A DNA stretch of 64,000 nt, from the NCBI RefSeq assembly GCF_046119375.1, contig NW_027362846.1, forward strand, positions 6,014,001-6,078,000, in the 5' to 3' direction. Source of the DNA: Phyllobates terribilis. Its lineage: Eukaryota. Numbering within the stretch: the stretch's first letter is position 1; every line of letters starts with the position of its first letter. The notes beneath the pieces were generated by a model. It was not told the DNA's origin. It worked only from the letters and a program-made list of their open reading frames with translations, and did not search any database. Below are positions 1-12,043 of the stretch, one piece after another. A program made the translations under genes and the position numbers.

Positions 1-52
1 TACTGGCGACATTAATCGACGCCAGAGTCAACGGGGTAGGTTCCGCCATCAT
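1..52 (-). CDS. Start of Tx1 ORF2 (APE endonuclease-RT), partial
   Basis: Reverse complement of 52..1 reads ATG ATG GCG GAA CCT ACC CCG TTG ACT CTG GCG TCG ATT AAT GTC GCC AGT; SINV resembles the S-x-N-V motif at the start of APE domains. Confidence 0.75.
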   Translation of the reverse strand, partial: MMAEPTPLTLASINVAS

Positions 53-199
53 GGGTGATTGAGTTAGACGGCCTTTTTTTTAACCGTACCCCCAGATTTT
101 TTGTGCTCACCTTCAGAGGAGGAGCCAGACTCTCCCCTCCTCTTTAGTGACACCGAGGTGTCCATAGCACCCGTCACCACCTTCCCAGTACCGGGTTCC

Positions 200-3100
200 T
201 CACCCCTGGACCCCAGAGCAGTCCCCCCCCCCAGAGGAAAGTGAGCCCTCCGGAGGACGGACCCCGCCGCTCCCTGAAGGCACCTCAGATGTTACCGCCG
301 GTCCCTCACCCCCGACCTCCGACACAGCAGAGTCATCGAGGGCATGGAACCGGTTGGAGAGGGGGATCAGAGGGGAGCCGGTGAGCCCTTCCGTAGGCAC
401 CTTAGTGGCCAGGGGGGGGGCCTTAGATGTTTTTGCCCCCTTTCGGTTCCTCCTCCGGCTCTTACTGGTCTTACTGTCACCTTTTGTTTTAGGCTGCTCC
501 ACCACCTCCTCGTCCAGACTTTCATACTGGGAGGAGTCATCAGAAGCAGCCACCTCCTCCCTCTCCATCCTCCTGATCTCCTCGCTCACCGCCTCCTCCC
601 CCAGGGCCTCAGGGGCACTGGCTGCCGCTTCCGAGGAGGGTACAGACATCACCCCAGTCGCCTGGGGCTTATCCTGCCCCCTACCCCCACGGCGCCTCAC
701 CTGATGCCACTGGTGGGCAGATGTACTGGCCACGCCTTCCTTCACCGGCCCCTCAGCTCCTCTCCCGCCCCCACCTCCGGCTCCAGCAGAGGATGCACCA
801 CTGGGGACCCCCCCATGGCTCTCCCCCGCCTGACCAGAGATGGTGTTAGAAAAGGAGCGGGGGCAGCGGCTGTACGGGTGACCTAGGTCACCACATAGGT
901 GACACCTAATGTCACCACAGGCCGCGGCAAGATGACCTACCCCGCCACACAAGGCACATTTCTGCACCTTGCAGCCCGCGCTGAAGTGGCGGGGATCACC
1001 GCACCTGTGGCAGACCTTTGGTTGCCCCTGGTAGAAGATCAGGATCCTGTCCCTCCCCAGGAATGCTGAGGAGGGGATGTGGGTGACAGTACCGCCTGAG
1101 ACCTTCAACCTCATCATGAAGGTCCAGCCCCCTGACCAGATGCCAAACTCGTCCCTGTTCTTTTTTGGGACGTCCGTGACCTCCCCATAGCGGGAAAGCC
1201 ACGTCATAATATCGACCCCAGAGAGCGACTCGTTACTAGTTAGAACGGTCACTCTCTTTACTCCATTTTGGCGAGACACCGCCTGCACGGCAAAGTCTCG
1301 CCAGCCGGGCTCCCCCTTCACCAGTTCAAAATTCGACCAAAAAAGCTCTAGGCCCTCCGGCCGAACAAAACTGATGTCGAAGATGGGGGTACCAAAAGGA
1401 TGGATCAGGGCAAAGATGTCAGTCGCCCTGAAGTTCATCTTCAGGAGGAGCTCCACGACCCTTGCTCTTGGCGGGCACGCTTCACTGCCCCTCCACCGAA
1501 GACGAACTACATTCCTCCTGGCCACCCCCTGCCCGGCTGTCGGGAGGGACCACGCTGTCTCCCCCTCCTTTTTATCTTGGAAGGCGGCCAGGCCATGTCT
1601 ATCTAGCCAAAAGGCCAGGTCCACCTCTCTTCCCTCTACCTGGATCGTCCGTTCTCCCTTCTTGAGGGCCTCCAGGAAACGGCGTCGCAAGTCACCATCC
1701 CTGAGGTCCAGAGGTGAGGAAGCCCCCCGAGAAGACCCCGAGGCCCCGGCTACTACCCCCGCAAAACTCCGGGGACCAGCAGCCGGGGGGGCAGATGGAC
1801 CAGCCCCACCCCCACTCCCCCCACTAGCAACAGACACGCCAGCACTTGCTTCCTCCACCACAGACACATCCATACCGACAGTCACCCCACTTGCCCCACT
1901 CCCACTCACATGCACACTGGGGTCACAGTTGTTTTTCTTCTCCACACACTTTCTGCCAGCAGGTTTTTCAACAGCATTACTACTGCTGCCACCTGCTGGC
2001 AGCACCTTCCCTGCCGGGGGGTTTTGGGAGCCTGGTGCTGCAGCTATTTTTGCCGGCGCCCCTGCCCCAGATAAGCCCGTGGGCACAGAGGACACCGGCA
2101 GGCAGGCACCACCTCCATTTTTAGCCACAGCTGTGGCACTACTGCTCCCAGCAGCTGCCGGCGCTAAGCCCCGCCCCTTTTCGGGTGAAGCCACGCCCAT
2201 TTGTGCGGGATTTACCCGCGAGGACACGCCCCCTGCACCAGGCAGCACAGTGGGGGCCCCAGAGGCCACTCCCACCGGTGCCTTGGGTGACAGGGAGGCC
2301 ACGCCCCCCGCACCAGGCAGCACAGTGGGGGCCCCAGAGGCCACTCCCACCGGTGCCGTGGATGACAGGGAGGCCACACCCCCCACACCAGGCAGCACGG
2401 TGGGGGCCCCGGAGGCCACCCCCCCTCGTGCCGTGGACGGCTGGGAGGCCACGCCCCCCGAAGCCGGCCGCGCCGGGACCCCCGAAGCCGACCCGGAACT
2501 GGGTCTACTCACAGGGGCCCCTGGACCAGCGGCACCAGCTCTCAGGGGCATAGCACCCCCTACCGTCACACCCTTTACGACAAACAGCCTGGCCACCCCA
2601 GCTCCGGCGGCCGGCCCCAGGCTAGGCCACTCCCCCTCGGCACCCAGCGGCGGTGGAGCCCCCCGCGCTGACCCATTACTGGGCCCCTGCGCAGGGGGCC
2701 CCGACCTCGCCACGGATTTTGCCAGGGGAGCAAGCCCCACCTTTCCTTTATGAGCCGGCTCTGCCGGAGCCGCAGGCCCCGCGCCCTTCACCTTACCAGG
2801 TCTCTGGGTCCCTGAAAGTGATCCAGATTTAGTGGATCCGTGCGTGAGGGACCCAGACACCCCAGCACACGCCGCCGGAGATGCGGCCCCGGCTGTCGGT
2901 GCGCCGCCAGCAGAGCAGGAGGCAGCGGCAGATGTACAAGCCGCCCCCTGCACGCCAGCAGGCGCACCAGGTGCCAGGCCAGACCTCCCTTTTACAGGGG
3001 ATCCAGCCTGAGCACCACCACAGATCACACCCACCGTTGGGCCGCCCTCCGAGCCATGCTCCATATCAGACACCTTGGACCCACTGCCTCCATTACCACA

Positions 3101-4024
3101 AACAGAGGCAGCGCTCTGCGTGCCATGGCCTATGTTCTCCCCGCTCCCTCGCTGTGGACCCACAACAGAGTCCAAGCCAGGGTGGGTGGCGGGTGCCGCA
3201 CAACGGGACAGGGGGGCCCCAGAGAGGGGGACATACACAAACTTGTGCGCAACAGTTGTTTTTCTCTTTTTTTTTGCTTTTCTCTTCATCCCCCTCACGG
3301 GTGCCTCATCCTGGCAGATCTCATCCCCGAACGTAAGCTGACCAAAACGTACCGGGGACTCGATCTGCTGGATCTGCTGCATGATAAGGCAGCCCCCCTC
3401 ACTGCTACTGCTCCCATCCTCCTCATCCTCCCCCTCGCTCCCGCTGCCCTCTGAAGGGCTAGAATCAGACGGGAGAGCCATCTGCTCAGGGGCTATCCCG
3501 CTATGCGATGCCTGGAGATCACTTACCAGGCCACCAGGCGGTGGGTAGGGTGCAGCCTCCTCCACGCATACCTCTTCTTCCTCCTCCTCCACCGCCTGGC
3601 TGGGGCCCTGCGACCCCTCCAGAGCCCCACCGGTCATGGCTCTGAACCGGTCATCATTAAGCAGCTTCTCCATGAAGGGTCCACTTCCTGCCAGTATGGT
3701 GCTCCTGCGGTCTTCCAGGTCTTGAATGGCCCGCTTGATCTTCCGGACCGCGGCGGATAGCTCAGGCTTCTTACTGCCAGAGGCCCTCACGGACCTCTCC
3801 TGAGCCACCCTCAACTCCCCCCAGAGGGAACTTAGCTTCTTTGTGGCGTCCTCATACTCGCAGAGGTGCGCATGTATACGGGAGGCATAGGTGACGGTTG
3901 CCTCCCTCGACGCCTTGGTACCCCAATCAGGGGGCACCGCTGCAGCACCTCCGCTCGTACTCGACCCACCTCCGGAGGGAGGAGCCGCCGCGGTCATAGC
4001 CTCGGGGGTCCTCCGGGTCCTCAT
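200..4024 (-). CDS. Tx1-type ORF1p (Gag-like, ZCCHC3-like RRM/zinc-knuckle region), ~1274 aa from the first ATG
   Basis: Open frame 200..4240 with first ATG at 4024. Motifs RNVVRLRW, FDISF, CHRCGDPRHFSAGC, CALCGGVGHLAAAC, CHLCGDLGHPYSRC; long Ala/Gly/Pro/Ser-rich linker. Confidence 0.88.
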   Translation of the reverse strand: MRTRRTPEAMTAAAPPSGGGSSTSGGAAAVPPDWGTKASREATVTYASRIHAHLCEYEDATKKLSSLWGELRVAQERSVRASGSKKPELSAAVRKIKRAIQDLEDRRSTILAGSGPFMEKLLNDDRFRAMTGGALEGSQGPSQAVEEEEEEVCVEEAAPYPPPGGLVSDLQASHSGIAPEQMALPSDSSPSEGSGSEGEDEEDGSSSSEGGCLIMQQIQQIESPVRFGQLTFGDEICQDEAPVRGMKRKAKKKRKTTVAHKFVYVPLSGAPLSRCAAPATHPGLDSVVGPQRGSGENIGHGTQSAASVCGNGGSGSKVSDMEHGSEGGPTVGVICGGAQAGSPVKGRSGLAPGAPAGVQGAACTSAAASCSAGGAPTAGAASPAACAGVSGSLTHGSTKSGSLSGTQRPGKVKGAGPAAPAEPAHKGKVGLAPLAKSVARSGPPAQGPSNGSARGAPPPLGAEGEWPSLGPAAGAGVARLFVVKGVTVGGAMPLRAGAAGPGAPVSRPSSGSASGVPARPASGGVASQPSTARGGVASGAPTVLPGVGGVASLSSTAPVGVASGAPTVLPGAGGVASLSPKAPVGVASGAPTVLPGAGGVSSRVNPAQMGVASPEKGRGLAPAAAGSSSATAVAKNGGGACLPVSSVPTGLSGAGAPAKIAAAPGSQNPPAGKVLPAGGSSSNAVEKPAGRKCVEKKNNCDPSVHVSGSGASGVTVGMDVSVVEEASAGVSVASGGSGGGAGPSAPPAAGPRSFAGVVAGASGSSRGASSPLDLRDGDLRRRFLEALKKGERTIQVEGREVDLAFWLDRHGLAAFQDKKEGETAWSLPTAGQGVARRNVVRLRWRGSEACPPRARVVELLLKMNFRATDIFALIHPFGTPIFDISFVRPEGLELFWSNFELVKGEPGWRDFAVQAVSRQNGVKRVTVLTSNESLSGVDIMTWLSRYGEVTDVPKKNRDEFGIWSGGWTFMMRLKVSGGTVTHIPSSAFLGRDRILIFYQGQPKVCHRCGDPRHFSAGCKVQKCALCGGVGHLAAACGDIRCHLCGDLGHPYSRCPRSFSNTISGQAGESHGGVPSGASSAGAGGGGGRGAEGPVKEGVASTSAHQWHQVRRRGGRGQDKPQATGVMSVPSSEAAASAPEALGEEAVSEEIRRMEREEVAASDDSSQYESLDEEVVEQPKTKGDSKTSKSRRRNRKGAKTSKAPPLATKVPTEGLTGSPLIPLSNRFHALDDSAVSEVGGEGPAVTSEVPSGSGGVRPPEGSLSSGGGDCSGVQG
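2200..2460. repeat. 75-bp (25-aa) tandem repeat, ~3 copies, inside ORF1
   Basis: The (g/a)caccaggcagcac motif recurs at 2235, 2310 and 2385; unit encodes APTVLPGAGGVASLSPKAPVGVASG. Confidence 0.9.
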
Positions 4025-4429
4025 GCTGGAACCCCTGCTGCCTTGGCCAGATCTTGTTGCCTTAGCCGGCTTGGTGTTTCTCCCACCCCCCGCCAGCTTG
4101 GACCGGGAGGTGGGAGCCGGGGGCCCAGCCCCGGAGGCCAGTCCCACCACAAGCTTTCCTTCCTGGGAAGGGGGCAGACAAAAAGTCCCAGATAGAAAAA
4201 AAAAAACCTCCCTTCCCAGGAGCTCTCTCCACAGCAGCACTCAGTCCAGGAAGCACACTCAGCACAGCTCACTGCAGGCTCCACCTCCACCACTTCCTGT
4301 AGGGAACTGCAACAGGCTGAACTGGAATGGAGCCTCTTGCTATGTGCACTGCAGTCTGCTATATACCGTGCCTGCCTGCCTAGCACTGATATCTATGCAG
4401 CTGGATTAGTCCTCAGAAGGACTGTTAGT

Positions 4430-4814
4430 TGCGATGGATATGTGTCTCTAATATAGTTTGATACACCTACACTAACTAGAAACAAGTGAATCTCTCCCTA
4501 GCTCAGCAGCAGCTCTCCTTACACTGTCTGATCCGGAGTGACTGTGATGAGCATGGCGGCGCCAGGTCTGATATAGAACTGACGACGCTGTGCGGCCAGC
4601 CAATCACTGTAATGCCCACAACCAACATGGCTATGGCATTACAGTGCATGGCAGGCAATCCCTGCATGTTCATTGGCTCTCTAAACAGCACCAAACATGC
4701 AGGGAGGGGACCCGAGCTCCTGCGCGAACAACCCCGGAAATTCTCGGCGAGCTCCGAGCATCTCGAGTAGTGAGATACTCGGGCGAGTAGCGAGCATGCT
4801 CGCTCATCACTAGT
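4430..4814. mobile_element. Right end of a non-autonomous DNA element/MITE (TIR ...CTCGCTCATCACTA)
   Basis: Ends gcatgctcgctcatcactagt. The same terminus is at 22110, and a related TIR pair is at 48759-49057. Left boundary uncertain. Confidence 0.6.
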
Positions 4815-4816
4815 TA

Positions 4817-5110
4817 GAAGCTGTGATCCCTCCCTAAGGTGTTTGTTCTATATAAATCTCTCAGGTGGCGCTATCATGCGAGAAGGGGAAAAATATTAGT
4901 TACTTACTGATAACGGGATTTCACAAAGCCCATGACCGCACCCTTATATTCCCTGCCTTTTATCACTGCTTGGTGTGCTCTACGTTATTGGGTGTATAGT
5001 TAGGAATGTTTTGGTTGGTGATGATTGTATTAGTAACTGTCTGGAGGTCCTCTCATGCTCTGAAACCCAACTGATGCGGAGGAAAGGTACTGCCATCCCT
5101 GATTTGCCAT
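4817..5110 (+). mobile_element. DIRS 3'-terminal remnant (ICR plus part of right ITR)
   Basis: gctgtgatccctccctaa, cccatgac(c/a)gca and ggaggtcct...caactgatgcggagga match 55796-56040 of the DIRS element later in the window. Confidence 0.7.
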
Positions 5111-5274
5111 GCTGTCACGCAGAAGTTATCTATTCTGAGGTTAAGACTGCTAAAGACCTTTTGGTGACATCACGGTCATGTGACCATAATGTCACCCAAG
5201 GTCCTTTAACTGCAGGAGTCTAGGAACTGAAGAGGAGCCAGGCTGGTATGTACCGTATGTGCTGTATGTGTGTA

Positions 5275-6703
5275 CAGTGGGGAAAATAAGTATTTGATAC
5301 ATTTCCGATTTTGCAGGTTTTCCAACCTCCAAAGAATGGAGAGGTCTGTAATTTTTATCGTAGGTCACTTCATCTGTGAGAGACAGAATCTAAAAATAAA
5401 ATCCAGAAAATCACATTGTAGGATTTTTACATAATTAATTAGCATTTTATTGTATGAAATAAGTATTTGATACAATAGAAAGCAGAACTTAATATTTGGC
5501 CCAGAAACCTTTGTTACAATTACAGAGCTCAGACGTTTCCTGTAGATCTTGACCAGGTTTGCACACACCGCAGCAGGGATTTTGGCCCCCTCCTCCATAC
5601 GGATCTTTTCCAGATCTTTCAGGTTTCGGGGCTGTCGCTGAGCAACATTGAATTTCAGCTCCCTCCAAAGATTTTCTATTGGATTCAGGTCTGGAGACTG
5701 GTTAGGCCACTCCAGGACCTTGAAATGCTTCTTACGGAGCCACTCCTTAGTTGCCCAGGTATGTGTTTCGGGTCATTGTCATGCAGAAAGAGGAGGGAAG
5801 GAGGTTTTTGGCCAAAATCTCCCCATCCATCCTCCCTTCAATACAGTTCAGTCGTGCTGTCCCCTTTGCGGAAGAGTACCCCCAAAGTATGGTGTTTCCC
5901 CCACCATACATCCCGGTTGGGACGGTGTTCTTGGGGTTGTACTCGTCCTTCTTCTTCCAAACATGGCGAGTGGAGTTGATACCAAATAGTTCTATTTTGG
6001 TCTCATCTGACCACATGACCTTCTCCCATGCCTCCTCTGGATCATCCATACGGTCATTTGTGAACTTCAAACAGGCCTGAACATGTGCTGACGTGACCAG
6101 GGGGATCTTGGGTGCCCTGCAGGATTTTAATTTTAATCCATGACGGCGTAGTGTGTCACTAACAGTAATGTTTGAGACTGTGGTCCCAGCTCTCTTCAGG
6201 TCATTGACCAGATCCTCCCATGTAGTTCTGGGCTGATTACTGACCTCTCTCAGAATAATACTTACTCCATGAGGTGAGTCCCAGACCAAGGAAGATTGAG
6301 GTCATCTTGTGTTTCTTCCATTTTCTAATAATTGTGCCAAAAAATGTTGCCTTCTCACCAAGCTGCTTGCCTATTGTCCTGTAGCCCAACCCAACCTTGT
6401 GCAGTTCTACAATTTTGTCCCTGGTGTCCTTGCACAACTCTTAGGTCTTGGCCATGGAGGAGAGGTTGGAGTATGATTGAGTGTGCGGACAGGCGTCTTT
6501 TATACAGATAACGAGTTCAAACAGGTGTAATTAATACAGGTAATGAATGCAGAGTAGGAGGGCTTCTTAAACCAAAAAAAACAGCAGAATTCTTTCTGGT
6601 TGGTAGGTGATCAAATACTTATATCATGCAATAAAATGCAAATTAATTATGCAAAAATCGTACAATGGGATTTTCTGTTTTTTATTTTTAGATTCTGTCT
6701 CTA
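5275..6703 (-). mobile_element. Tc1-like DNA transposon, degenerate, one TIR truncated
   Basis: TA|CAGTGGGGAAAATAAGTATTTGA terminus at 5275. Transposase fragments on the - strand ([12 protein letters not shown]-type N-terminus, [19 protein letters not shown]). Partial inverted TIR at ~6605-6703. Confidence 0.92.
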
Positions 6704-7009
6704 CCATTTTATGAGCTGCCTTGAATAATAACCAAGCTTATTCTATGGAAAAGTCTTATTTGTACAAGTACCCTGTGAATTGTAAAGTGCTGCCAAATAT
6801 AAAAGTACTTATTATACATATAGTTGCATTAAAAATTATTCACCTTCCTTTCCAAATTCCGTTTATTTCCAAAATTTACAAACGTTTTGCTGTTTGCAAT
6901 AAACTAATAAAACAAGAACAATATAAAAAGCTCAACACAACTAATATAACATGTGGTTTCTCTAAATTCACCACAAAATTGGACGTTTAATGATTCCTGC
7001 CATCCAAGA

Positions 7010-10000
7010 ATGATTCCATCCCTTCATGAGCTGCATCTTGAGTACTTAGTAGAACCCTTTCCCTGCTACATTCAGAAACCCTGCTAACCTCATTAATATT
7101 CCTTGCATGCCTTCTGTCTCTTTCAATTGTGCCCTTTGAAATGTGCAGTCAGCATGTAATAAACTCTCCTACATCCATGACTTTTTCCTCTCAATTCCCT
7201 CAACCTTCTGGTTCTCACTGAAACATGGATCCCAGCAGTTGGATACTGTCACGCTGTCTCTGTATACTGGAGGTAGGGGGCCTAAGCTGACCCTAAGCTG
7301 GGGCCCTGACTAATCCCTCAACCTGGAGGTACTGTTAAAGGTACAGAGGTCCAGGCCGCCAGCGTAACCCCTACCTCCTGAGGATCCCTGCACCTAAGTA
7401 ATCTAGTCCTGAGAAGGACCCCGATCACAACAAAAGGGGACAAGTAATAATATGCCCACACACAGTACTTAGACGAACGAGACAGTACAAGGGAAAAACC
7501 AAAACCACCTTGCATACAAAAACTACACAACTACAACAGAGGGAACACCAACGGGAAAGGAGATAAATGATAAAGCGAGGAAGGGAAAAAACACTCCAAA
7601 TACACTTATCTCTGAAACTCCAAATACCACGATCCGCTCTGTTAGTCTGCATGAAATGCTTTCACCGACACTTCCCTAACAGACCAGCAGGCATTTGAAG
7701 GAGTCTCACTACAGCAGCATTGATTGCAGCTGGGCGAGGCTGGACCTCGTCTAGCACAGAGAGAGAGAGAATTAACTCCCTCACTGCCGAAAAACACAAA
7801 GTACCAAAAAGTCAGCTGCGAGAAGTCAGGCTGTGTAATCGTGACGATCTTCGTGGCGACACACCCGTGACAGATACCACGGCCGCTGCTGCTCTCTCTC
7901 ATATGGTGACCTACACTTTTCTCATACCCCGAGAACTGACAACAGATCAGGCGGAGGTGTTGGTCTGCTCCTTTCAACAAAATGTACTTTTCCCCCCCAG
8001 TACCCTCCCTTATCTTCCCTTTTTTTGAGGTCCAGACTGTCAGACTCTACCGGCCTTTCTCCCTGCGAGTGGCGGTTGTTTATCACCCCACCGGGCACCT
8101 CCAGTCAGTTTCTGGATCACTTTTCCACTTGGCTTCCAAATTTTCTATCTTGCGACATCTCCACTCTCATCGTGGGGGACTTTAACATCCCAATTGTCGA
8201 TCCCCTTTCCCCATCTGTCGCTCATCTTTTATCGCTAACATTCTCCTTCGGCCTTTCACAACTTACTAATTCTCCTACACATGAAGACGGGAACACACTG
8301 GACCTGATCTTCTCCCGGCTATGCTCAGTACATGACTTTACTAACTCTCCTCTTCCGCCCTCTGACCACAACCTTCTTTCGTTCTCTGTCAAGAACTGTA
8401 ACCCTACTCATGACACCCCCACTTTCCACACTTATAGAAATATACATGCCATTAACACCCAGAGATTTATGAAAACGTTGCAATCATCATTGGCCCCAAT
8501 CTCCTCCCTCTCATGTCCTGACCCTGCACTGATGCACTATAACGAAATATTGCAATGCGCCCTGAATGAAGCCGCACCTCTTACACATAGAACAACTCGG
8601 CACAGACGGCGACAACCCTGGCACATGCCGCAAACACGTTTTCTCCAGCGGTGCTCCAGGTGTGCCGAACAGCTGTGGAGAATATCTAATCTGGCCAAAG
8701 ATTTCATCCAGTCTAAATTTATGCTTAAAACATATAACTCTGCCCTTCACCTCTCCAAACAAACCTACTTTAACAACTTCATCATCTTACTGTCCAATAA
8801 TCCTGAACACCTCTATGACACTTTTCATTCTCTCCTTAATCAAACAGCACAGGCCCCGACCACCGACCTCAGCACTGACAATCTGGCCAACTATTTCAAA
8901 GAAAAATTTGACCATATCCGATAGGAAATTTTCTCCTAATCCCCAAATGTTATGCATGCTCCTCCCTCCAACATTGGTATGAAGTCAGAAAATGAGCAAG
9001 ATGCAGTCATGGAAAAAGAAGTGACCAGGCTCCTTGCATCTTCTCGCCCTACCACCTGCACCAGTAACCCTATTCCCTCACATCTCCTTCAGTCCCTTTC
9101 TCCAGCTGTCACCACTCACCTACCTAAAATATTCAACCTCTCCCTCTCATCTGGTATTTTTCCCCTCCTCTTTTAAACATGCCAGCATACATCCGTTACA
9201 TAAAAAACTATCCCTTGACCAGAACTGCGCTGCTAACTACAGACCAGTTGCCAATGTTCCCTTTATCTCTAAACTCCTGGAATGCCTGGTCCACTCCCGT
9301 CTAATCCGCTATCTCTCAGACAACTCTCTTCTTGACCCTTACCATTCTGGTTTCCGCTCTTTAGACTCTACTGAAACTGCACTCCCTAAAGTCTCTAATG
9401 ATCTACTAACAGCTAAATCTAATGGTCACTACTCCCTGCTGATTCTCCTGGATCTCTCTGCAGCATTCGACACTGTGGATCACCAGCTCCTGCTCCCTAT
9501 GCTCCGCTCTATTGGCCTCAAGGACACTGTTCTCTCCTGGTTCTCCTCCTATCTCTCTGACCGCTCCTTCTCTGTGTCATTCGCGGGCTCCTCTTCCTCT
9601 CCCCTTCCCCTTACTGTCGCGGTTCCTCAAGGATCAGTCATAGGCCCCCTTCTTTTCTCTCTATACACTGCTCCTATTGGACAAACAATCAGCAGATTTG
9701 AGTTTCAGTACCATCTCTATGCTGATGACACCCAATTATACACCTCTTCTCTGGACATCACCCCTGCATTACTACAAAAGACCAGTGATTGTCTTTCTGC
9801 TGTCTCTAACACTATGTCCTCCCTCTATCTAAAACTGAATCTGGCAAAAACTGAACTCCTCGTATTTCCTCCCTCCACTAACCTACCTGTGCCCGATATT
9901 GCCATTTCCGTTTGTGGCTCTACCATTACTCCCAGCAACATGCCCGCTGTCTTGGGGTCATATTTGATTCAGATTTTTTCCTCTCTCCTCACATCAAATC

Positions 10001-10490
10001 ACTCGTTCGTTCATGTCATCTACACCTCAAAAACATCTCTAGACTCAGGACTTTTCTTACCTTTGACTCGGCAAAAACTCTTACTGTAGCTATTATTCAT
10101 TCTCGCCTGGACTACTGCAACTCTTTACTAATCGGTCTCCCTCTTTCTAAACTCTCCCCTCTCCAATCCGTCCTGAATGCAGCAGCCAGGATCATATTCC
10201 TCACCAACTGCTACACCGATGCCTCTTCCCTGTGCCAGTCATTGCACTGGTTGCCCATCCAATACAGAATTCAATATAAACCTATCACGCTTACTCACAA
10301 AGTGCTCCATGCTTCAGCACCGCCCTACATCTCCTCCCTCGTCGCAGTCTACCACCCTACCCGGGCCCTCCGTTCTGCCAATGACTTTAAACTAAAATCC
10401 TCCATAATCCGAACTTCCCACTCTCGTCTCCAAGGTTTCTCATGTGCTGCGCCAATTCTTTGGAATGCACTACCCAGGACAATTCGAAGC
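7010..10490 (+). mobile_element. L2-clade LINE ORF2 (APE endonuclease + RT), frameshifted, interrupted by a solo LTR
   Basis: TETW, GGGVG, GDFN, GNTLDLIF, SDHNLL (endonuclease); [38 protein letters not shown] (RT); SRLDYCNSLL...LHWLP C-terminus. Confidence 0.93.
7247..7872. mobile_element. Solo LTR (626 bp) with 5-bp TSD GATAC
   Basis: TGTCACG...CGTGACA termini; GATAC at 7242-7246 and 7873-7877; absent from the paralogous site near 61570. Confidence 0.92.
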
Positions 10491-11252
10491 AGGATTTTGC
10501 CAACTCCCTTCTCAGATTCACAGATTTTCCATTCTCTTGAAAATTAATTTGATTCCTCCCCGAGTCTCCCATCCAATGGTACTAGATTTCACCTCTGCGA
10601 AGCATCAGTAATAAAAGTTACAATCTTAGCTATGACTACTTTCTGTTCTTGTATATGTTCTTGTCTCCTCTTGACGTACCATCCTACTCAAGTGAATGAG
10701 AGAACCATTACTATGAGAGAGAGTTCCACTGAGCAGCTGATTCACTTAACCCTAATCAACATCTTCAATGGATATCGCGCTATTCGCAAGGATTTTATGA
10801 ACAAGTTTATTTGACCTGTACAGGCATTCGCACAATTTCTCCCTCTACATTTCCGCCCTCTGTCAGTCACTGCAATGGAGCTGAGTTGCAGTGGCCGCAA
10901 AGAATAAGCTGAGCTGCAGTGGCCGCAAAAGTGGCTGAGCTTAAGTAGCTGGTGTTATATAGATTGTAAAAAAAAAGACTCCGGTCCATCGAATTCAACC
11001 TTCCTCCACCAGTTATACATTCTCTATCACTAGATTATGTAAAACCCACAATGCCATTTGTTGTGATAAAAATATTCAGCCATTTTTTAAAAACTGTTCT
11101 AGTGTCTGCCATTACTACCTCTTGTGATCGGCATTCCACAGTCTCACTGCTCTAACTGTAAAGAACCCTTTCCTATTTAGCTGCCGGAATCTCCTTTACC
11201 CCAAACGTAATGAGTACCCCTGGTTCTTGGAAGGAATAAGTCATGGGCAAGT

Positions 11253-12043
11253 TGTAGAGCCTGCGTCTCAACCTCCTGCCCCTCTCCCGCGGCAGAGACG
11301 CCGACCGCCTTACAGCCACGGCCGCCGGCTAGAGTGTCCCACTCCTCCGTCCTCCTTACACACTGACACTGCCCGGGGTACACGCACAGCTAACAGATCC
11401 CCGAGTACTGTGCTTGTGAGGGGGGGGGCACGCCATTCTGAAGTGTCCCTGGCCAATGGTTGGATTACACTAAAAGGACAACATCTGCAAGGAGTTTGTG
11501 TGGGTTTCCTCCGGGTTCTCCTATTTCCTCCCACACTCCAAAAGACATAATGATAGGGAATGTAGATTGTGAGCCCCAATGGGGACAGTGCCCATAATGT
11601 CTGTAAAGCGCTGTGGAATTAATGGCGCTATGTAAGTGAGTAAAATAAATAAATAAAATAAACTACTTAAGGCACCTCCTCCAACTCGGAGGTGCCTGTG
11701 CAACGTTGTAAATTTGTTTGCTAAACACTCTTGTTAGTTCTCAGGTCCCAGTGCATGTATCTCCATTTACCTGCCTGTCCGTCAGCCTGTCTACCAGCCG
11801 TGCCCGCCTGCCAGTCTACCAGCCATGCCCGCCTGTTCCTGCCTCCTGTCCCTTGGGGGTCAGTTGCTATCTTCCCGAGGTCAGACCCGGATTAGCACCT
11901 GGTCCACCTTCCTTGTCCCTCCTTGGGTCATGGAGTAGTGAAACCGCTGTACATCCGAAGTCTGATTTGGTGAGGTCCATAGGTTATGCCCCGAGTCTCT
12001 CCTTGCACCACGGCACTGTGGTTCCACCACCCATCCCGTTACA
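11253..12043. mobile_element. Solo LTR with 5-bp TSD CAAGT
   Basis: TGTAG...GTTACA termini; CAAGT at 11248-11252 and 12044-12048. Confidence 0.85.
11471..11663 (+). mobile_element. 5'-truncated V-SINE-like element with L2-type tail
   Basis: V-domain-like core gtgggtttcctccgggttctcctatttcctcccacactccaaaagaca; tail gtaaagcgctgtggaattaatggcgctat; A-rich end. Confidence 0.8.

Larger units (their letters stand above)
1..4260 (-). mobile_element. Tx1-like (L1 clade) non-LTR retrotransposon, 5' part (5'UTR, ORF1, start of ORF2); runs off the window start
   Basis: Long ORF1 with three CCHC knuckles, followed after a ~150-bp spacer by an ORF starting MMAEPTPLTLASINVAS (APE endonuclease N-terminus pattern). 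The 5' boundary is approximate (~4200-4300). Confidence 0.9.

Noticed and set aside
1374-2753. 459-aa + strand ORF and other antisense ORFs over Tx1 ORF1
   Set aside because: GC-rich antisense shadow of ORF1 with no recognisable domain.
6721-6990. 89-aa ORF conserved at 61061-61321
   Set aside because: AT-rich with no domain; the conservation is explained by the segmental duplication.
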